Assembly: GCA_030704615.1 (NCBI GenBank)
Contig: CM060732.1
Location: 31,310,001-31,374,000 of the forward strand
Reading direction: 5' to 3'
DNA length: 64,000 nt
From: Takakia lepidozioides
Lineage: Eukaryota > Plantae > Bryophyta
Made by a program: the position numbers and the translations under genes. The notes beneath the pieces are model-generated. The model was not told the origin of the DNA. It did not search any database and saw only the letters and a list, made by a program, of their open reading frames with translations. The number at the start of each line of letters is the position of its first letter. The stretch's first letter is position 1. Below, piece after piece: positions 24,101 to 37,428 of the stretch.

Positions 24101-24840
24101 CAAGGGCATCTGCCCGATCCTTTGTATCCTATACAGTATGTGAACCAAACTCGTTTTGACATGCGATGTCTCCGTTCCTCGCAGAATGATATCTGTAAGT
24201 CAGAATGAAATTCAAGGTCTTCAATCACAGAAGAACGGAACCACAAGTGGAAACATGTAGAATGAGAAACCAACCTGTTTCACATCATTCATGCCGTCAG
24301 AAGACCCATCATGTTCCCGTCACATCCAGCACCATCGATCGAACAGAGTAATGCCACTCTTCCTCCTGTGAGTGCAGCCTCCCAATGACAGCCATCCATG
24401 CAAGCAAGCGGTGGTTCCCATCTCCAAACGTGAAACATCTTTCCCGAGAATGCCTGGGTGGAAGGTTTCCTGGAGAGAAGAAGTTCGAAGGATTCGTTCA
24501 GCTGTCTCCAAATGGGGTCCCAGGAGTCCACGATTGACTCATCCATGAGGGCTCATTACCTTTGGAATCCCTAGTAGAAACGTAAAAGACTGCGGATCCA
24601 TCCAAATACCCATGAACAAACTCGGCCTCCAGCTTGAGAATGTCCTTGACGAGGGGTGGACGAACGACGGGCATGGAAACCAACCTACACAGGGGAATCT
24701 TCAACCTCCCCCCGGGGCAAGCATACTTTGCACCACAAGCTGAGAGTTTACCTTCTGACCCCCCAGCATCTTAGCGGCTTTGCTTTCATAGAACTCATCG
24801 TCCACATCAACAATTATCTCCTTCTCCTGACCCGAAGGAA
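21152..24840 (-). pseudogene. Spliced, frameshifted gene encoding a ParB/Srx-like domain plus a beta-class-like N6A/N4C DNA methyltransferase
   Basis: FHVW/DGNHRLLAW at ~24395-24440 (one frameshift). ELII/DIPDG (DPPY-like position, ~22130-22165, frameshift). After removing intron 21461-21346: WRGARERSPAFIQTIVECCTYTDARVLDLSMGTGASYHACKASARHLFGIEGD. Confidence 0.7.
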
Positions 24841-24934
24841 CCTCATCTGCCACACTTTGCATCTTCTCCTCCAGGGTTGTTCATTCAACTTGATATTAGA
24901 GAGGCATGAAACGTCGGCTGAGGCATGAAAAAGT

Positions 24935-26375
24935 GGGCTCAAAGAGTGTGCGTTGACGCACATTATTTTAAGCTGCCAGGTAAGTGTACATTGACCCTCA
25001 CAGACATGTCCTATGTTGCCGAATTCCACAGAAAAAGACAATGTAAAAGTGGGCTCAAACAGTGTGCGTTGACGCACACTGTTTCACTTGCCAGGTAATG
25101 ATCATTGAACATGTACTTGTGCCAGGGTAAGTGTTCATTGTAAACCAAGATATGCGGCCGATTTCGGATGAAAAAGTGAAAAAGGTGAGTTCGAACAGTG
25201 TGACATGTCCAGCTCAAATAGTGTGCGTTGACGCACACTGTTTGAGTTGCCAGTGAGGGATTCTCCCATCCTCATAAACCTGCCCTGGAAGTCCGAATTT
25301 AAAACCAAAAAAACAGTGACATGTTACAGCTCAAACAGTGTGCGTTGACGCACATGTTTGAGCTGCCAGTAAGGGATTCTTTCATCCCCAGAAACGTGCC
25401 CTAAGGTCGAATTTCAATCGGGAAAAAACACTTACATGTTCAGCTCAAACAGTGTGCGCCAACGCACACTGTTTGAGCTGCACTGAATGGTTATTTCATC
25501 ATCATAAACATGCCCTAAAGTCCGAATTTAACACCCAAAAAACAGTGACATGTACAGCTCAAACAGTGTGCGTTGACGCATACTGTTTGAGCTGCCAGTG
25601 AGGGATTCTTTCATCCTCAGAAACGTGCCCTAAATGCCGAATTTCAAGGAGAAAAACCGTGACATGTAGAGCTAAACAGTGGCGCCAACGCACAATGTTT
25701 GAGCTGCCACTGAATGGTTCATTTCATCATCATAAACCTGCCCTGGAAGTCCGAATTTAACACCAAAAAAAACAGTGACATGTACAGTTCAAACAGTGTG
25801 CGTTGACGCACACTGTTTGAGCGGCCAGTGAGGATTCTTCATCCTCAAAAACGTGCCCTAAAGGTCGAATTACAATCGAAAAAAAACACTTACATGTTCA
25901 GCTCAAACAGTGTGCGCCAACGCACACTGTTTGAGCTGCCACTGAATGGTTATTTCATCTTCAAAAACCTGCACTGGAAGTCCACATTTAACAACAAAAA
26001 ACAGTGACATGTACAGCTCAAACAGTGTGCGTTGACGCACACTGTTTGAGCTGCTAGTGAGGGATTCTTTCATCCTCAGAAATGTGCCCTAAAGGGCGAA
26101 TTCAACACGGAGAAAACCGTGACATGTAGAGCTCAAACAGTGTGCGCCAACGCACACTGTTGAGCTGCCATGAAGGGTTCTCTCGTCCTGACATACGTAT
26201 CCTGTAAAACCGATATCCAGACGGAAACAACAATGATGAAATGTTCAGCTCAACTCACACTGATTGAGCTTGCAAATTGGGTTGTATTGAACCTGCTGTA
26301 GTGCCCAGTTTGGGCGTTTCGCACCTGAACAATGGTAGCCCAAACAGTGTGCGTTGCGCACACTGTTTGAGCTTC
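24935..26375. repeat. Tandem array of ~12-13 units (~114-bp period), each with a 40-bp palindrome
   Basis: cagctcaaacagtgtgcg-(ttga|ccaa)-cgcacactgtttgagctg near 24935, 25051, 25210, 25327, 25441, 25555, 25670, 25785, 25899, 26014, 26129, (26246) and 26338. Confidence 0.95.
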
Positions 26376-27479
26376 CAGTTTGCGGTTGCTTTCAGCCTGG
26401 TGCAGATGTCTTGTGGGCTATATTCATATCAGCAACGAAACACAAATGTGGGTCTTAAAGATTTCACCCTTTCTTGGCTGCTCCAGAAGACTCCACAATT
26501 GTCGGGGACCCTTTGCGCTTCGGGCTGCTCTCTGCGCCGAGCGTGTACGTGAGCCTCTCCCCCTTCCTCTTCCGCAGGCAGACTCCTCGTGAGGCCACCT
26601 TCAACATCCTCTCCATCTCGTCTGTTCTCCCTCAGAGCAGTGTCCTCTTCATCTGTTCTTGGACCTATGGCGGGCTGTTGTTCTTCTGCTGATTCCTGCT
26701 CCTCCATCGCCACACTTTCCTCTACTCCCTCTTCTACCTCCTTTTCCTCTTCGTCCACTCTTTCCATCCTCATTCTATCTCTGGCCTCTATTCCTGTTTC
26801 TAGAGCTCGTGAAGTATAGTGACTTCCTTCTCTTCTCCTCCGCTGCGAGGAAACAAGGGCTCCCACGATGCCTCTAGAGCTCTCCAGTTTGACGTTTGTA
26901 ACAAGTGCTGCTATGGCATGTAACAAAATCGAAAATTGGACGTTTGTCAACCATATTTGGATGCGGGTGTTGTTATTGTGTGCGAACGGAATTCATCCAT
27001 TCCGTCGTCTCCGTATTATCCAAGTAATAAAGCGCTAGAAAAAAAGTACATCCGTTGCATGCACTAGCGATATATGTCAGATGTACTGCGCCACCTGCCA
27101 ATACACCGTGGCTTTTGCTTTCTTTCAAATTCGGATGTGCCGTAGAAATCTAATGCTAGTTCATTTTCGGCAGTTCTTGCAGATCCGCAATAATTGTTAT
27201 GCTTCACATATGAATCCACGTGTGTTGTACTGCCTACCCTGTGGTTTGCATTTTACCGTAACCGTCGCCATGGGGTGATTCGGCATATAAGGGTTCTGTC
27301 GGATACGACCCGTCTGGCACGCATTCGTGCGAGGTATCTTCTGCAGTGTCAGTGTTTGTGCTGTGCTCTTCTGGCACAGCACAACCTCATGACATTTGTG
27401 GTCTTCCTGTTATGCTCTCCGGGTTGTTGCCGTCTTTTCATAATGGATGGTTCATGTCGTTTTCAGTGGTGTTTCATCC

Positions 27480-30400
27480 ATAAACAAGCACGGCTTTTGT
27501 AGTATTTGAAAACAGTTTCTGGTAGTGCCTCTTAGCGTTGCTGGTTCCGAAGTGAAGGTGCATCTCATCCCTACATCCTTTGCATGCATCACCCGCAACC
27601 TTTGGGTTGGAGCTACCCTTGTTGACCTCAATTGCTTGTCTTAATTCCCCTTTCGGTGATTGCGGGCTATCAGTCGAGATTCCGCAACTTTCGTTCAGTG
27701 AGGGAAAACATGTCGAGGGAAGCGAGATACACTTGCTCGATTCCATTCCAATGCAGGTACTCTTCCACTGACTGCCACTGCAGACGCGAGATGGGTTTGC
27801 AGTTGTTCATGAGGATGAGCTGGTTACAGTGTTCCCGCTGGAGTGGGTTCTCTCCTTGTTCAAAAAGAGGGTTATGACGAGGATGGGAATTTGGATTCTG
27901 GGACTTGGAGAAACCATTGGTTGGCAAGTGTGGAAGGAAGTGGAGAGTCCTTCAAGGCACATACGTGTCCTTGGAAAAGAGAGAAGACAATCAGCAGGAT
28001 CAGTCGTTACCCTGCCCCTTGCAGCATCGGTCGTGCAACAGAAGGCCACAGTTCCTGTTGACCAGTGAAACAAGAGTTGAGCACATCCACTACCTTCGTG
28101 ACTCTTTCAGACTCGTCCTCGGAGGATGTTTCTGAGATTCCTCCGCCAGTGCAGACTCCGTCGTGGGATGATGACGAATTGCAAGAGATAATGAGTGTCA
28201 TTCCAAATTGAAAGCCCTCGCAGGTGTGCCTGGGTGCAGAGCGAGCTGCGTTTTGGTTGATTGGGAATCCCTTCCTGTGCAACGGGTTCAATACATGCCA
28301 GCACAGTTTGATGGGGACATCTTGTTTGAGCTCAACCCTCCCACCTCTTCCACTGGACTGGCTGGGCTTTTGCAGGGCATGGACAAGAAACATGACGGAC
28401 ATCCTTGGTGCAGGGACAAAAACGTCGAACATCCATAACGACATTGGCTTGAAATTTCGGAGGTCGGTCTGCGTTGGGCATTGTAAATGCCAGAATATTT
28501 CTTGCCCTCGGTTGAGAAACATTGCTCAACCAAACGAAAGTGAGTGGGAAGGTGTGCCCCTGAATCCTTTCACAGGACGGGGAAAGTTTGCAGAACCTGC
28601 ACACAAAAGTATTGGTCCTGGGAGGGGCAAGCCCTCACTCACACTTCTTATTACGACAAACTATCTGAGCTGCAAGAACAATGGACAGACAGTGGAAATG
28701 GCAAGAAGGGCCCGCCCTGACCTGCAGTTGGAGCACAGAAGGCTCTGTCTCAAGTACAGAATAATGCCACCTCAATGGAGAAGCTGAGAGCACTTACCAG
28801 GCAATCAGGCTTGGTGGTTCTCCTCTGGTGCTGCAACAAGTACCCACGTAAAGGAGTTGGAGGACTGGTTGGGTTTCTGGCACTTCAGGTACAGATAGTG
28901 GGGAGCTTTAATGACGATGGTAAGCCTCTTCAATCCCAAAAACAGAAATTTTGCATCGTGCCTGTTCATTTGGGGTTCTTCGATTGTCACTTGAAGAACC
29001 TCTACCATTTGTTTTCGTTCCTCACATATCCATGCAATGCCTCTGCAGGACATGTCCTTGGAGGACTTGGCCGGACATGCCATCCTGTAATTTGGCGGAA
29101 GACTGTTCACAACGCCTGGCGGCAGCAGTCTACCAAAGCAGGTCGTGACTTGTATGTGGCCACTGCTGATGACATGGTGCGTGCACTTACACAAAAAAAA
29201 GGGGGGGGGTACCGCAATTTCTGATGGGATGGGGTGGAGGCAAGGGCCCTGATACGACTTTGTTGATGCTAAGGGCTGCGAGTAGGTCCGAGTCCCGTCA
29301 AAGATGGCCAGAGCTCTAAACAGAGGCACTGAAGGGTCCCCTCTACAATCCAGGCTCCCCCATTTGGAGACGAGGAAAGATTGGATTATGCAAAAGGAAA
29401 TTGAACACTCTTCCAGGGTCAGATGGAGATTCCCATCGGCCAGAAAGGGTCAATTTCTCTGTGCCAAAGGTGTCTCCACTGCAGACTGAGTCGTGTGCCC
29501 GCCCCTTCCCAGTGGGTCCTCCTCCAGTGGAGCAGGTGCAGAACATACAAGCAAAGCAGCAGCGGGAATCTCATTGGAGGAGGTGGTGGCCATGGTGCAG
29601 GAAGAATCCGATTGCATTGATGTGAGTGGAATATAAACGCACCCCACCAGGATCTAGAGTGGCTTGCATGGCAATTCGGACCCCCTCATTCAAGAAAGCA
29701 AATCAAAAGATATGCAAAGGCTCTAGGGGGACTCCAGCTTCCAACCATTCACAGGGTTGTTCCGACCTTATCTAGTAGTGGAAGGAGTCAAAGGACCACA
29801 AAATTTTGGTTCTGAAAGACGATATGGGCACGGTGCGTGAAGGGAACAGTTTGTCCTTCGGTGATAATGAAAACCCCTCCCCCCGTAATTTGGCCTGTGC
29901 AACTTGGGACGTCGCTGTCATCAAACCGACATAAGCATGCTGGAGGAGGGAGGGTTCTGTCTTGCACGGCTACCGGGTGGTGCCCTCATGCACTGTCGAC
30001 ACAGATGTGCCACATGCTCCGGCAATGCCGCCACCGGGGTGCCGACTCCCACCCAACAAAGAGATGGAAAAACAGTGCGCCGTTTCGCTTCGGGTGGCAG
30101 ATCACGAATGCAAGATGGAATCTGCTAGAATTTTGCAGGCTCGGGTGTCTCGTACCACCGAAGTCCCTTCTCCGGGTATGGACGGATTTACACAGTGCTG
30201 TCATTGGGTCAGTTCTTCATGGCAAAGAATATATAGTTACCGTCGGGAATTTCCCTTCGTGCACTTGTCCGGACTTTGTAACGATGCGTGAGGCGCTCTC
30301 GGCATGAGAGGGAAGTGGGGTCCCCTGCAGCATCAATATTACATATATCTTGTGATTATGTGTTGCGACGGGAAGAGAGACCAATTCATCCACCAAGCCA

Positions 30401-30480
30401 CACTAGGCTATGGAGAAGTGAACACCCTCTACAGCGGGACACCTCGCGTGGAGCTCCGCCAACTTCTCTTTGAACACATA
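27480..30480 (+). pseudogene. Fragmented transposon ORF with a Cys cluster and C-terminal SWIM zinc finger
   Basis: CVGHCKCQNISC...NESEW (~28470-28550); YIVTVGNFPSCTCPDF...C-x-H (~30230-30345). I could not identify a DDE core. Confidence 0.6.
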
Positions 30481-31776
30481 CGAGCCATGCTGCTTCCCAT
30501 GCTGGTTTGCAGGGTGCAGTTGTGTGTGTGAAGACTTTGCATTTCTGACAAACATATGGATTTCGTTTACGGAACCAGGGCAAATGCACATGCAATTCAT
30601 TGTTAAGCGTCTATCTGTGAATTGAAAAAACTTTGACAATATTCTGAGCTCAAATCTGCCATGTTTTCATATTTCTGTTTTTGAGCGGGCATTGCAGACA
30701 TGGTGTGTGTTGGCCCCCTTTGTTTTGTCCACGGTAATAGGCCCTCTTCCTGCAATCCTCGCCTATAGGACCTTCTTCTCCAGAAGATTTGTGCCGCTCA
30801 CGCTTCCCTGAAGCGTGAGCTCAGCTCACGCTTTGTAGCTTGAACGTGAGCTCAGCTCCCAGGCTCACGGGGCTGGGCTCACGCCGTAGCTACGCTCCCC
30901 ACTTTTACTACCCTGTTAGCAATCTGCCAGAGGAAGGCCGCCACCTTGGCTGTGGGCAGTCTCTTGAGCCAAACAGATCCCCAGATGATCGATCATTTTT
31001 CATTTAGGAATCCATGGTGGCTCCATCATGAGTCCAATTTAGATTGCAATGGCTGGGCATTCAACAAGGCTTTGTATCTCTTCTGTGTTGAGTAGGTGAA
31101 AAAGGTATGGGGGCCTCTGGGCCTTTGTGTCTCAGCTAAGGGTCTACCCAAAACCTCTGGGCCTCTGCTAAGGGTCTGCTCAAAACCCATAAGAACCTAT
31201 TCATCTGTAGCCACTCGGCAGTTGTCTCCAGTGATGGCGGGATAGGGTTCATCTCCTTGGAAGGTAAAGTGTAACAGACTGTGGCCACGGTCAAGGGGGT
31301 CCAGGGAATGTTTATGATCTGATCATAGCAACATTGTGGCTGGGTCAATGGAGAAGGGGAAGATTGCATGATGCGAGTCGGTGGCTTCTTGCACAAAGAA
31401 GATGGACAGGCTGCCCCGGAAGCTAGACAGAGCCCAATGGTTTCGTTAGGGCAGTTGCGGCCCCAACTGAAGGCTAGTAAGCCAGAGGGGAGGGATGGAG
31501 CGCTTGATTTCTTCGAAGCCCTTGGCAGCTCTTGCCTTCCCAACCATTGTGGCAATGGTTTCAAGTGATTTCCAGTCCCCGTTGGCCCATAAATGTAATG
31601 CCAAGGTAATCCCATGCTAATCATCGTTTTGCCTCTTTCTTTTGAATAGTCGATGGAGAGTTTGAATTCAGGAACAAGCTCTGGCGGTGGTTTCATAGAA
31701 GGATGTAGGCTCTGTCTTTTTTAGAAATTTCCTGAGCTTGTCCTAGGCCCTCCAAATGGTTTGCCAGAGTGGGGAC

Positions 31777-32346
31777 TCGTGTTGGACTGGTATACCAATA
31801 AGAAACTGGTATCAATACTGGTAGTATACTGGTATGAAGTACCAGACCAGTCTGGTATCACCTCAGGCCACTACCTAGCATATACCCGTATTGGCCTGGT
31901 ATCTGATTCCAAATATTGTGGACGATACCCGACCAGTCTGGTAGGTGGTTGAAAATCTGGTACCTGATACCAATACCATATCCATATTTGTGAGGAAAAC
32001 CTAGGTATCAATACTTGGAGGAACTTGAGGAATATTTTGAGGAATAAAATCAATGAGAAGCATGCTTGTACACATTTATATGAGAAGTGGGCCTTTCAAT
32101 ATTTAACATATCATGAGTTTTTTTTAATACCAGACCAGTATTGATAATACCCGGGTATCGGATTTCTAAAAAACTCTTGCTATTGATACCGTAAAACACC
32201 ACACCAATCAGGTATTATTGATACCACCATGGTATCCAAATCTCATATTTTGCAATACCAGTACCTCCCTGGTATACACAATTGGCAGGAGGCCTATATG
32301 CCAGTACCAGCTTGTGTGTCAAAAATACGATACCAGTCCAACACTG
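31777..32346. mobile_element. hAT-type MITE (570 bp) inserted in the LINE
   Basis: TIRs (tc)gtgttggactggtat / ataccagtccaacac(tg); 8-bp TSD gtggggac at 31769-31776 and 32347-32354; many internal atacc/ggtat motifs. Confidence 0.88.
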
Positions 32347-33404
32347 GTGGGGACCCTGTCATCTTATGCTTGAACCCTTGAGTCGTCCATCTTAGAGAGG
32401 GGCTCCATTTGGCCCTTTTAAGGGGTGAAGCCATCATTATGTGCGGGGCCACAAAGAACTTCCACCATCCCCCCTCTGGGCCAAGAAAACGTGGTATCCA
32501 TTTGCCCAAGAGAGCCGTTATTTGGGTTTTTGGATACAGAACCCCTAACCCTCCCATCTTTTTGGGCATACAGATCTGTTTCCAGGCTACTTGCGGCCTT
32601 TCTTCTGCCCAGATGTTCGTGCGCCCCAGATGAAGTTCCTTAGAAGGCGGGTGACCACTCTGATGTGTTTGGGGTCCGGTCTCCAAGAAGAGGCATAGTA
32701 CCATATTGTTGCCTCCAATATCCGTTTAGCTATCAAGGCTTTTCCCGAAATGGTCAGATTTTTAGAGCCCAATATGGAAGAGTGACGCTTGAGACTGGCT
32801 AATACTGGGGCAAATCGGTGATTGTCCGATAGGCCAATGCCAAAGGTGTAGCCCAACAAGATTGTAGATTCCCCTGGCTGAAGCCACTTGAGGCCATTTT
32901 GGGATCCCCAAGTTGGCAGTGGCCCCATGGCTGTAGCCGAAAGGTCACCCACCAGGAGGGCCGAAGTTTTGTTCCAATTCACTCTGAAACCCGAGGCCGA
33001 GCAAAAAGTGTTGAGGGTAGGCGCCGTAGTGTCCAGGTTGACAATGTTTGCTTGGAGCATGATGAAGGTATTATCCACGAACATAGAATCTATTATGTGG
33101 GTTGGCTGGTGGATGCAGAAATTAGTGACGGAGGGCCCTTGATGGCAGGGTTGTTTTGAAGCATGTAACCAAGAGAGTCAGACACCACTAGGAAGAGGAA
33201 GGGAGCCAAGAGGCACCCTTGCCTAACAGATCTGTGGAGCTCAAAGGGTTTGGAGAGTGCTCCGTTAATAATGACTCTGCTTGTGGAAGAGAAGAGAAGA
33301 ATCTTAATCCATTGCAAAAGGACTCTGGGAAGCCCATTTTGGACAAGGCTCATAGCAGGAAAGACCATTCTACCCTGTCAAACGCTTTCTCAAGGTCGAG
33401 GAGG

Positions 33405-34128
33405 TTGGGGGGGGGGGTCACTTTCCGTATTTTCAAAACCACGTGAGAACAAAAATAGGGTGCAATTTATTCTTTTGAGGTAAATTTTAGAAAGGTTTTA
33501 CTTAGAAAATACACTAAGGCAATAACCTTTCACCCAGTTCTTTTTTAAAAAGGACAAAAAAATCAGAGTTTTACTTAAAAAATTAATGTAATAAAGGGTT
33601 TTATCTACAGTATAATGTATCCATCCTTGCGAAGTTTCTCATATTTCATCCAACTCCAATCCATCAGGATGAATCAGGTAGAGTTCACAGGAAGTTCAAA
33701 ATGATTCCAATGATACACAGTGGATTGATGTTGATACCATAATCTCAACAGTGATTATGGCATTTGAAACATCTCAAAACTTGTACTCTTTAGATCCAAA
33801 TGATGTTGCGGCTTTGAATGAGTTTATGGCTAATGAAAATTAAACTTTTTCTTCGGTCTTGCATTTGACTTATGTTTTATGGAATGTACTTGTTTGTGTA
33901 CATGCTTTGAAATTTTGTAATTATTTAAAATGATAATTTAAAATAGGGTCTAATTAATTGTTAGAAAAGATAATTATAAAAAAATATGGTGATAGAAAAC
34001 AAAGGGTTTTACAATATTACTTAAAGATAGGGTGGAAAAAAATACAAAAATTTAAAAATATAGTCTAGTATAAAGATACCTTTGTACATACGTGATATTA
34101 AAAAAAATACATATAGTGACCCCCTGTG
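33405..34128. mobile_element. AT-rich non-autonomous TIR element inserted in the LINE RT region
   Basis: 8-bp TSD cgaggagg at 33397-33404 and 34129-34136; imperfect TIRs ggggtcact...gtatttt / aaaatac...agtgacccc; removal restores ALLLLDLEKAFDRV. Confidence 0.8.
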
Positions 34129-37100
34129 CGAGGAGGAGGAGGGCTATGGCTTGGCTGGTCTGCCTTGCAAAGAACGGAACATCTTGGGCCAACAGAAGGT
34201 TGAATGTACCTGCCTTTGATGAATCCGGATTGGTTGGGTCTAATTAGTGAGGGTAACAGGGGCTGTAATCTCATAGCCAGCGCTTTTGCTATTATTTTGT
34301 ATGCCACATTAAGGAGTGTGATGGGCCTGTAATTGGAAACGTTGGATCTGTCTACTTTTTTGAAGATTAAGATGATAACCCCCTGGGACGGCATTGATTG
34401 CTTAGAGAATAGATGGTTTGCCATATCAGTAAAGTCTAAGGAGATGTCGTTCCGTATAGCTTTGTAAAATTCCATTGAGAGGCCATCTATTCCTGGAGAT
34501 TTGTTGTTCTGTAATTTGTTGAGGGCCGCACCCAGTTCCAAATCCATAAAGTCACCTTCCAACACTGAGGCTGCAGAGAGGGAGAGGATGGAAGGGATGT
34601 GGGAGAGGCATTGGGATTGCAGGTTGGAGAGGGAGAGATCGGGGAGGTCCGAGCTGAAAGGGGTTTGAAAGTGGGAGGGCTGCCATGTCCGCCAGCGACT
34701 TGGGGGATGATGCCGAAACCCCGGAGGATTGGTCAACCAATTCCGAGATGTTCTGGATTCACTTGGTTTTATCAAAGAAGTACTTTGTCATTTTCCCCCC
34801 CTTAGTGGACCAGTTGATCCCAGTTTGCAGCTTCATTTTCCGGTCTTGGCAGTCTTGAAAGATTTCCAGGTTATGCCTAGCTTCCTGGTATGTCATGAAA
34901 GTAGCCTCATCGCATCGCGTTGATTCCATACGAGCTTGGCATTTGGTAAGAGCTTTACGTTTGCGAGCTAATGCCATTTCTTGACTGAGCTTTTGATTGA
35001 CAATGTTAACAGCTTTGAGTTTGGCCAAGAACCTGTCAGTTGGGTCTTGAGAGGTGCGTGGTCAAAACATAGGGGGATGGGTTCTTGGATTTCTCTTTTG
35101 GTCCACTGAACCACATTGAATGAGACGTACACCCTGTCCAGTATAGCCATTTGCAGATTTTGAAGGTCTCTATTGTTGGTCCAGGTGAAGGAGAGGTTTG
35201 AAGCATCCGGAAAAACTGTGGAGGATTCCACCAAATTGTGGTTTTGAGCACCTAGTAGCCATTGGTCCATCTCTTCCGTAGTGGGGTTGAAATTCCGAAC
35301 ACCCTGTCTGTCTTCATATGATTCCACCATGTTGAAGTGATTCCACCATGTATGGGAGCTTGAGGGCACAGAATTGCAGTCGGCCCGGCACCCATAAGGC
35401 TTCGGAAACAAGAAAGGGTAAGAGAGAAGGGGATAGAAGAATAGATGTTCTTCCCCTCGAGCCAAGTGACGTGGATTTCCAGAGGGCTGAGGATAGAGGC
35501 CAGAGATGGTCTGAGAGCGCTGCAATTTTTTGTTGATCTAACTTGTGCTCTTGCAGAAATATGATAGAAACTTTTGGCATGAGAGGGAAGAGCCAGTTTT
35601 TGATTCTGACCCTTTTGAGGGAGGCTGGGTCAGAGCCCAGACCTTTGATGCAATAGGAGTGGAGATCAATCCGCATCCGATGGCGGCTGAAGGCAGAGAG
35701 TGGGGGTCTCTAATGATAGCCTTGGATCATGGAATTGGAATTTGACTCTGGGATCCCTGGGGAGAAGCGATTTTACCCAGAGATGGTGGGGGGGGAGGTT
35801 TCCGGTTCCTCTGAGATAGTTCGATGAAGATCACTCGCAGATTGGATCGGGCTGGTAGCGGTAGAGCATGGAGAATTGTGTAACTGATATTGGGGAGATT
35901 TTGATGGCAGCTATGATGCCTGTTGCAGGGATGGCCAGCAAGGAGCGCAACAGCTGCCTAAGGTGGGTAGGCATATTGTTTGTTTGCAGGTCTCCATACT
36001 CCATTGTGGGTGGCAGGAGAATAAAGGGTACGGCGGCCATGTTTCCTAGCAGTGTTGCCCGAATCCAGACACAAGAGCCAGCATCTAGCAGGGTCTCGAG
36101 GGATTAGTTTGAAGAGAAAGCAAGGGGATGGGACAGAGAGAACCTGATTGGGAGAGTGGATCCCTGGATTGTCAGTTGTGTGTGTCGAAGGAGCAGATCC
36201 AGAGATGGCGATGTCCGGGCTCAGTTGGAAGGGACATGTGAGGCGGTTCGGAGATGGTGAAGTCCGGGCCTGGTCCCTGACATGGTGGGGAAATCTGGAG
36301 CTCACTTGCTTCTGTTGCCAATGCTTCGTTGCCCTCTTGCCCTCTTGCCCTTGAATCCGTGGGTGGGTACCAGCAATTTGACTCGATGAGGAGGTGGAAG
36401 GGGTTACTTGTCTCTGTCCCTTGAGAAAATAGCTCCATCCTATAGTTTTCTATGTGTCCTAATTTGCATGCGGTGACTCCCCGAGGGCTTGGAGAGTCCC
36501 TCCTCAAAGACCCAAATCGCATTGATGGGGGGTGGCATTGCATAGATCTCTGCCTCCTCCATTAGAGCTAGAATGTGGGTTGAAGGGGTAGAGTTTAAAC
36601 CTGGGTGATCATCCAGGTAAGCTCCCCCCCTTACTTTGGTACTTTGGTCAATAATGCATATGTGGTATTACAAGGATGGATCATAAACATGCATTTATGG
36701 TTTTTAAATCATATAATTATATGCTTTGCTACCAATTCACTTTCAAGGCCGAAGTGTGCCCCAAAGAAGTCGATCTTTTATCTCCATACAAAAGCCATTT
36801 TAAAGAGGGTGCCAAAGAAAAAAAAGTTGGGGAGACACTGAGGAGGCGAGGTTGAATGGTCTTGCACCAATGGCTTCTAAGGTTGAAGAAAGCTCGTGGG
36901 ATGCATTTGGCAAACAAGGCCTTGATTTGGACATGAAGGTCCCAGGTCCACCATTCTTTTTTTTTGGCATAATTGTTCCCATACAACCAGGGCACGACGT
37001 CTACACGAAGATGTGGAGTTGAAGTTTTGAGCACCCCAAGGTTTTTGATCATATTCGAGCTTGGACACCACACTGACGAAATACCAAACAGAGGGCTCCG

Positions 37101-37428
37101 CGGCTCTGGAAGGTGTAGGGGCCATAAGATAAAACCTGCAGCATAAGGAGAGGAGAGGAGAGGCTCATGAGAGGTACCTAGGCGAATTGCAGGAGGGACA
37201 TCAGTCCAGCCTCAAATCTAAACTCTGAGGATCTGCATGGACTAATGAGGTTGACTTCACTACAGACTTTGATTCCAATACCATGTTTTCTTTCAGTAAA
37301 TTCTGTTGCCTTCGCTGACAGCATTTGCCACTCACATGAGGCTGTGGATGCGAGATTATATTTCAATTTATGCAAAAACTGAGAAAGAGAGACACAATGA
37401 AAGAGTGCTGAAGGGATAAAGAGAGAGG

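Larger units (their letters stand above)
20256..30898. mobile_element. 10.6-kb degenerate SWIM-domain DNA transposon (Zisupton/KDZ- or MULE-like), inserted in LINE ORF2
   Basis: Target duplication (cc)cactttt on both sides (7-9 bp depending on end placement). Imperfect TIRs ggggggtgctattccgtgagccc / gggctcacgccgtagctacgctccc; many subterminal GTGAGC/GCTCAC motifs. Removing the element restores the LINE frame (QIANRVVKVG-EWLQ). Confidence 0.85.
9771..36540 (-). mobile_element. Degenerate L1/Tx1-type LINE interrupted by four younger insertions
   Basis: APE endonuclease start (SYCIKGL...IIFLQEHKL, 35314-35676). RT motifs YRPITLLNVAYKIIAK, LDLEKAFDRVEW, RQGCLLAPFLF and a degenerate FADD (32587-34775). 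CCHC zf-RVT and W-x-x-WK C-terminus (19681-20245). Minus-strand AATAAA near 9825 followed by an A-rich tail (T-run 9771-9796). Many stops and frameshifts; the 5' limit is approximate. Confidence 0.85.

Noticed and set aside
24935-26375. CRISPR array
   Set aside because: The spacers are homologous to each other (two alternating types), too long, and there are no cas genes; the context is eukaryotic.
26429-26950. Acidic 173-aa ORF
   Set aside because: Low-complexity GA-rich sequence with no recognisable domain and a non-ATG start.
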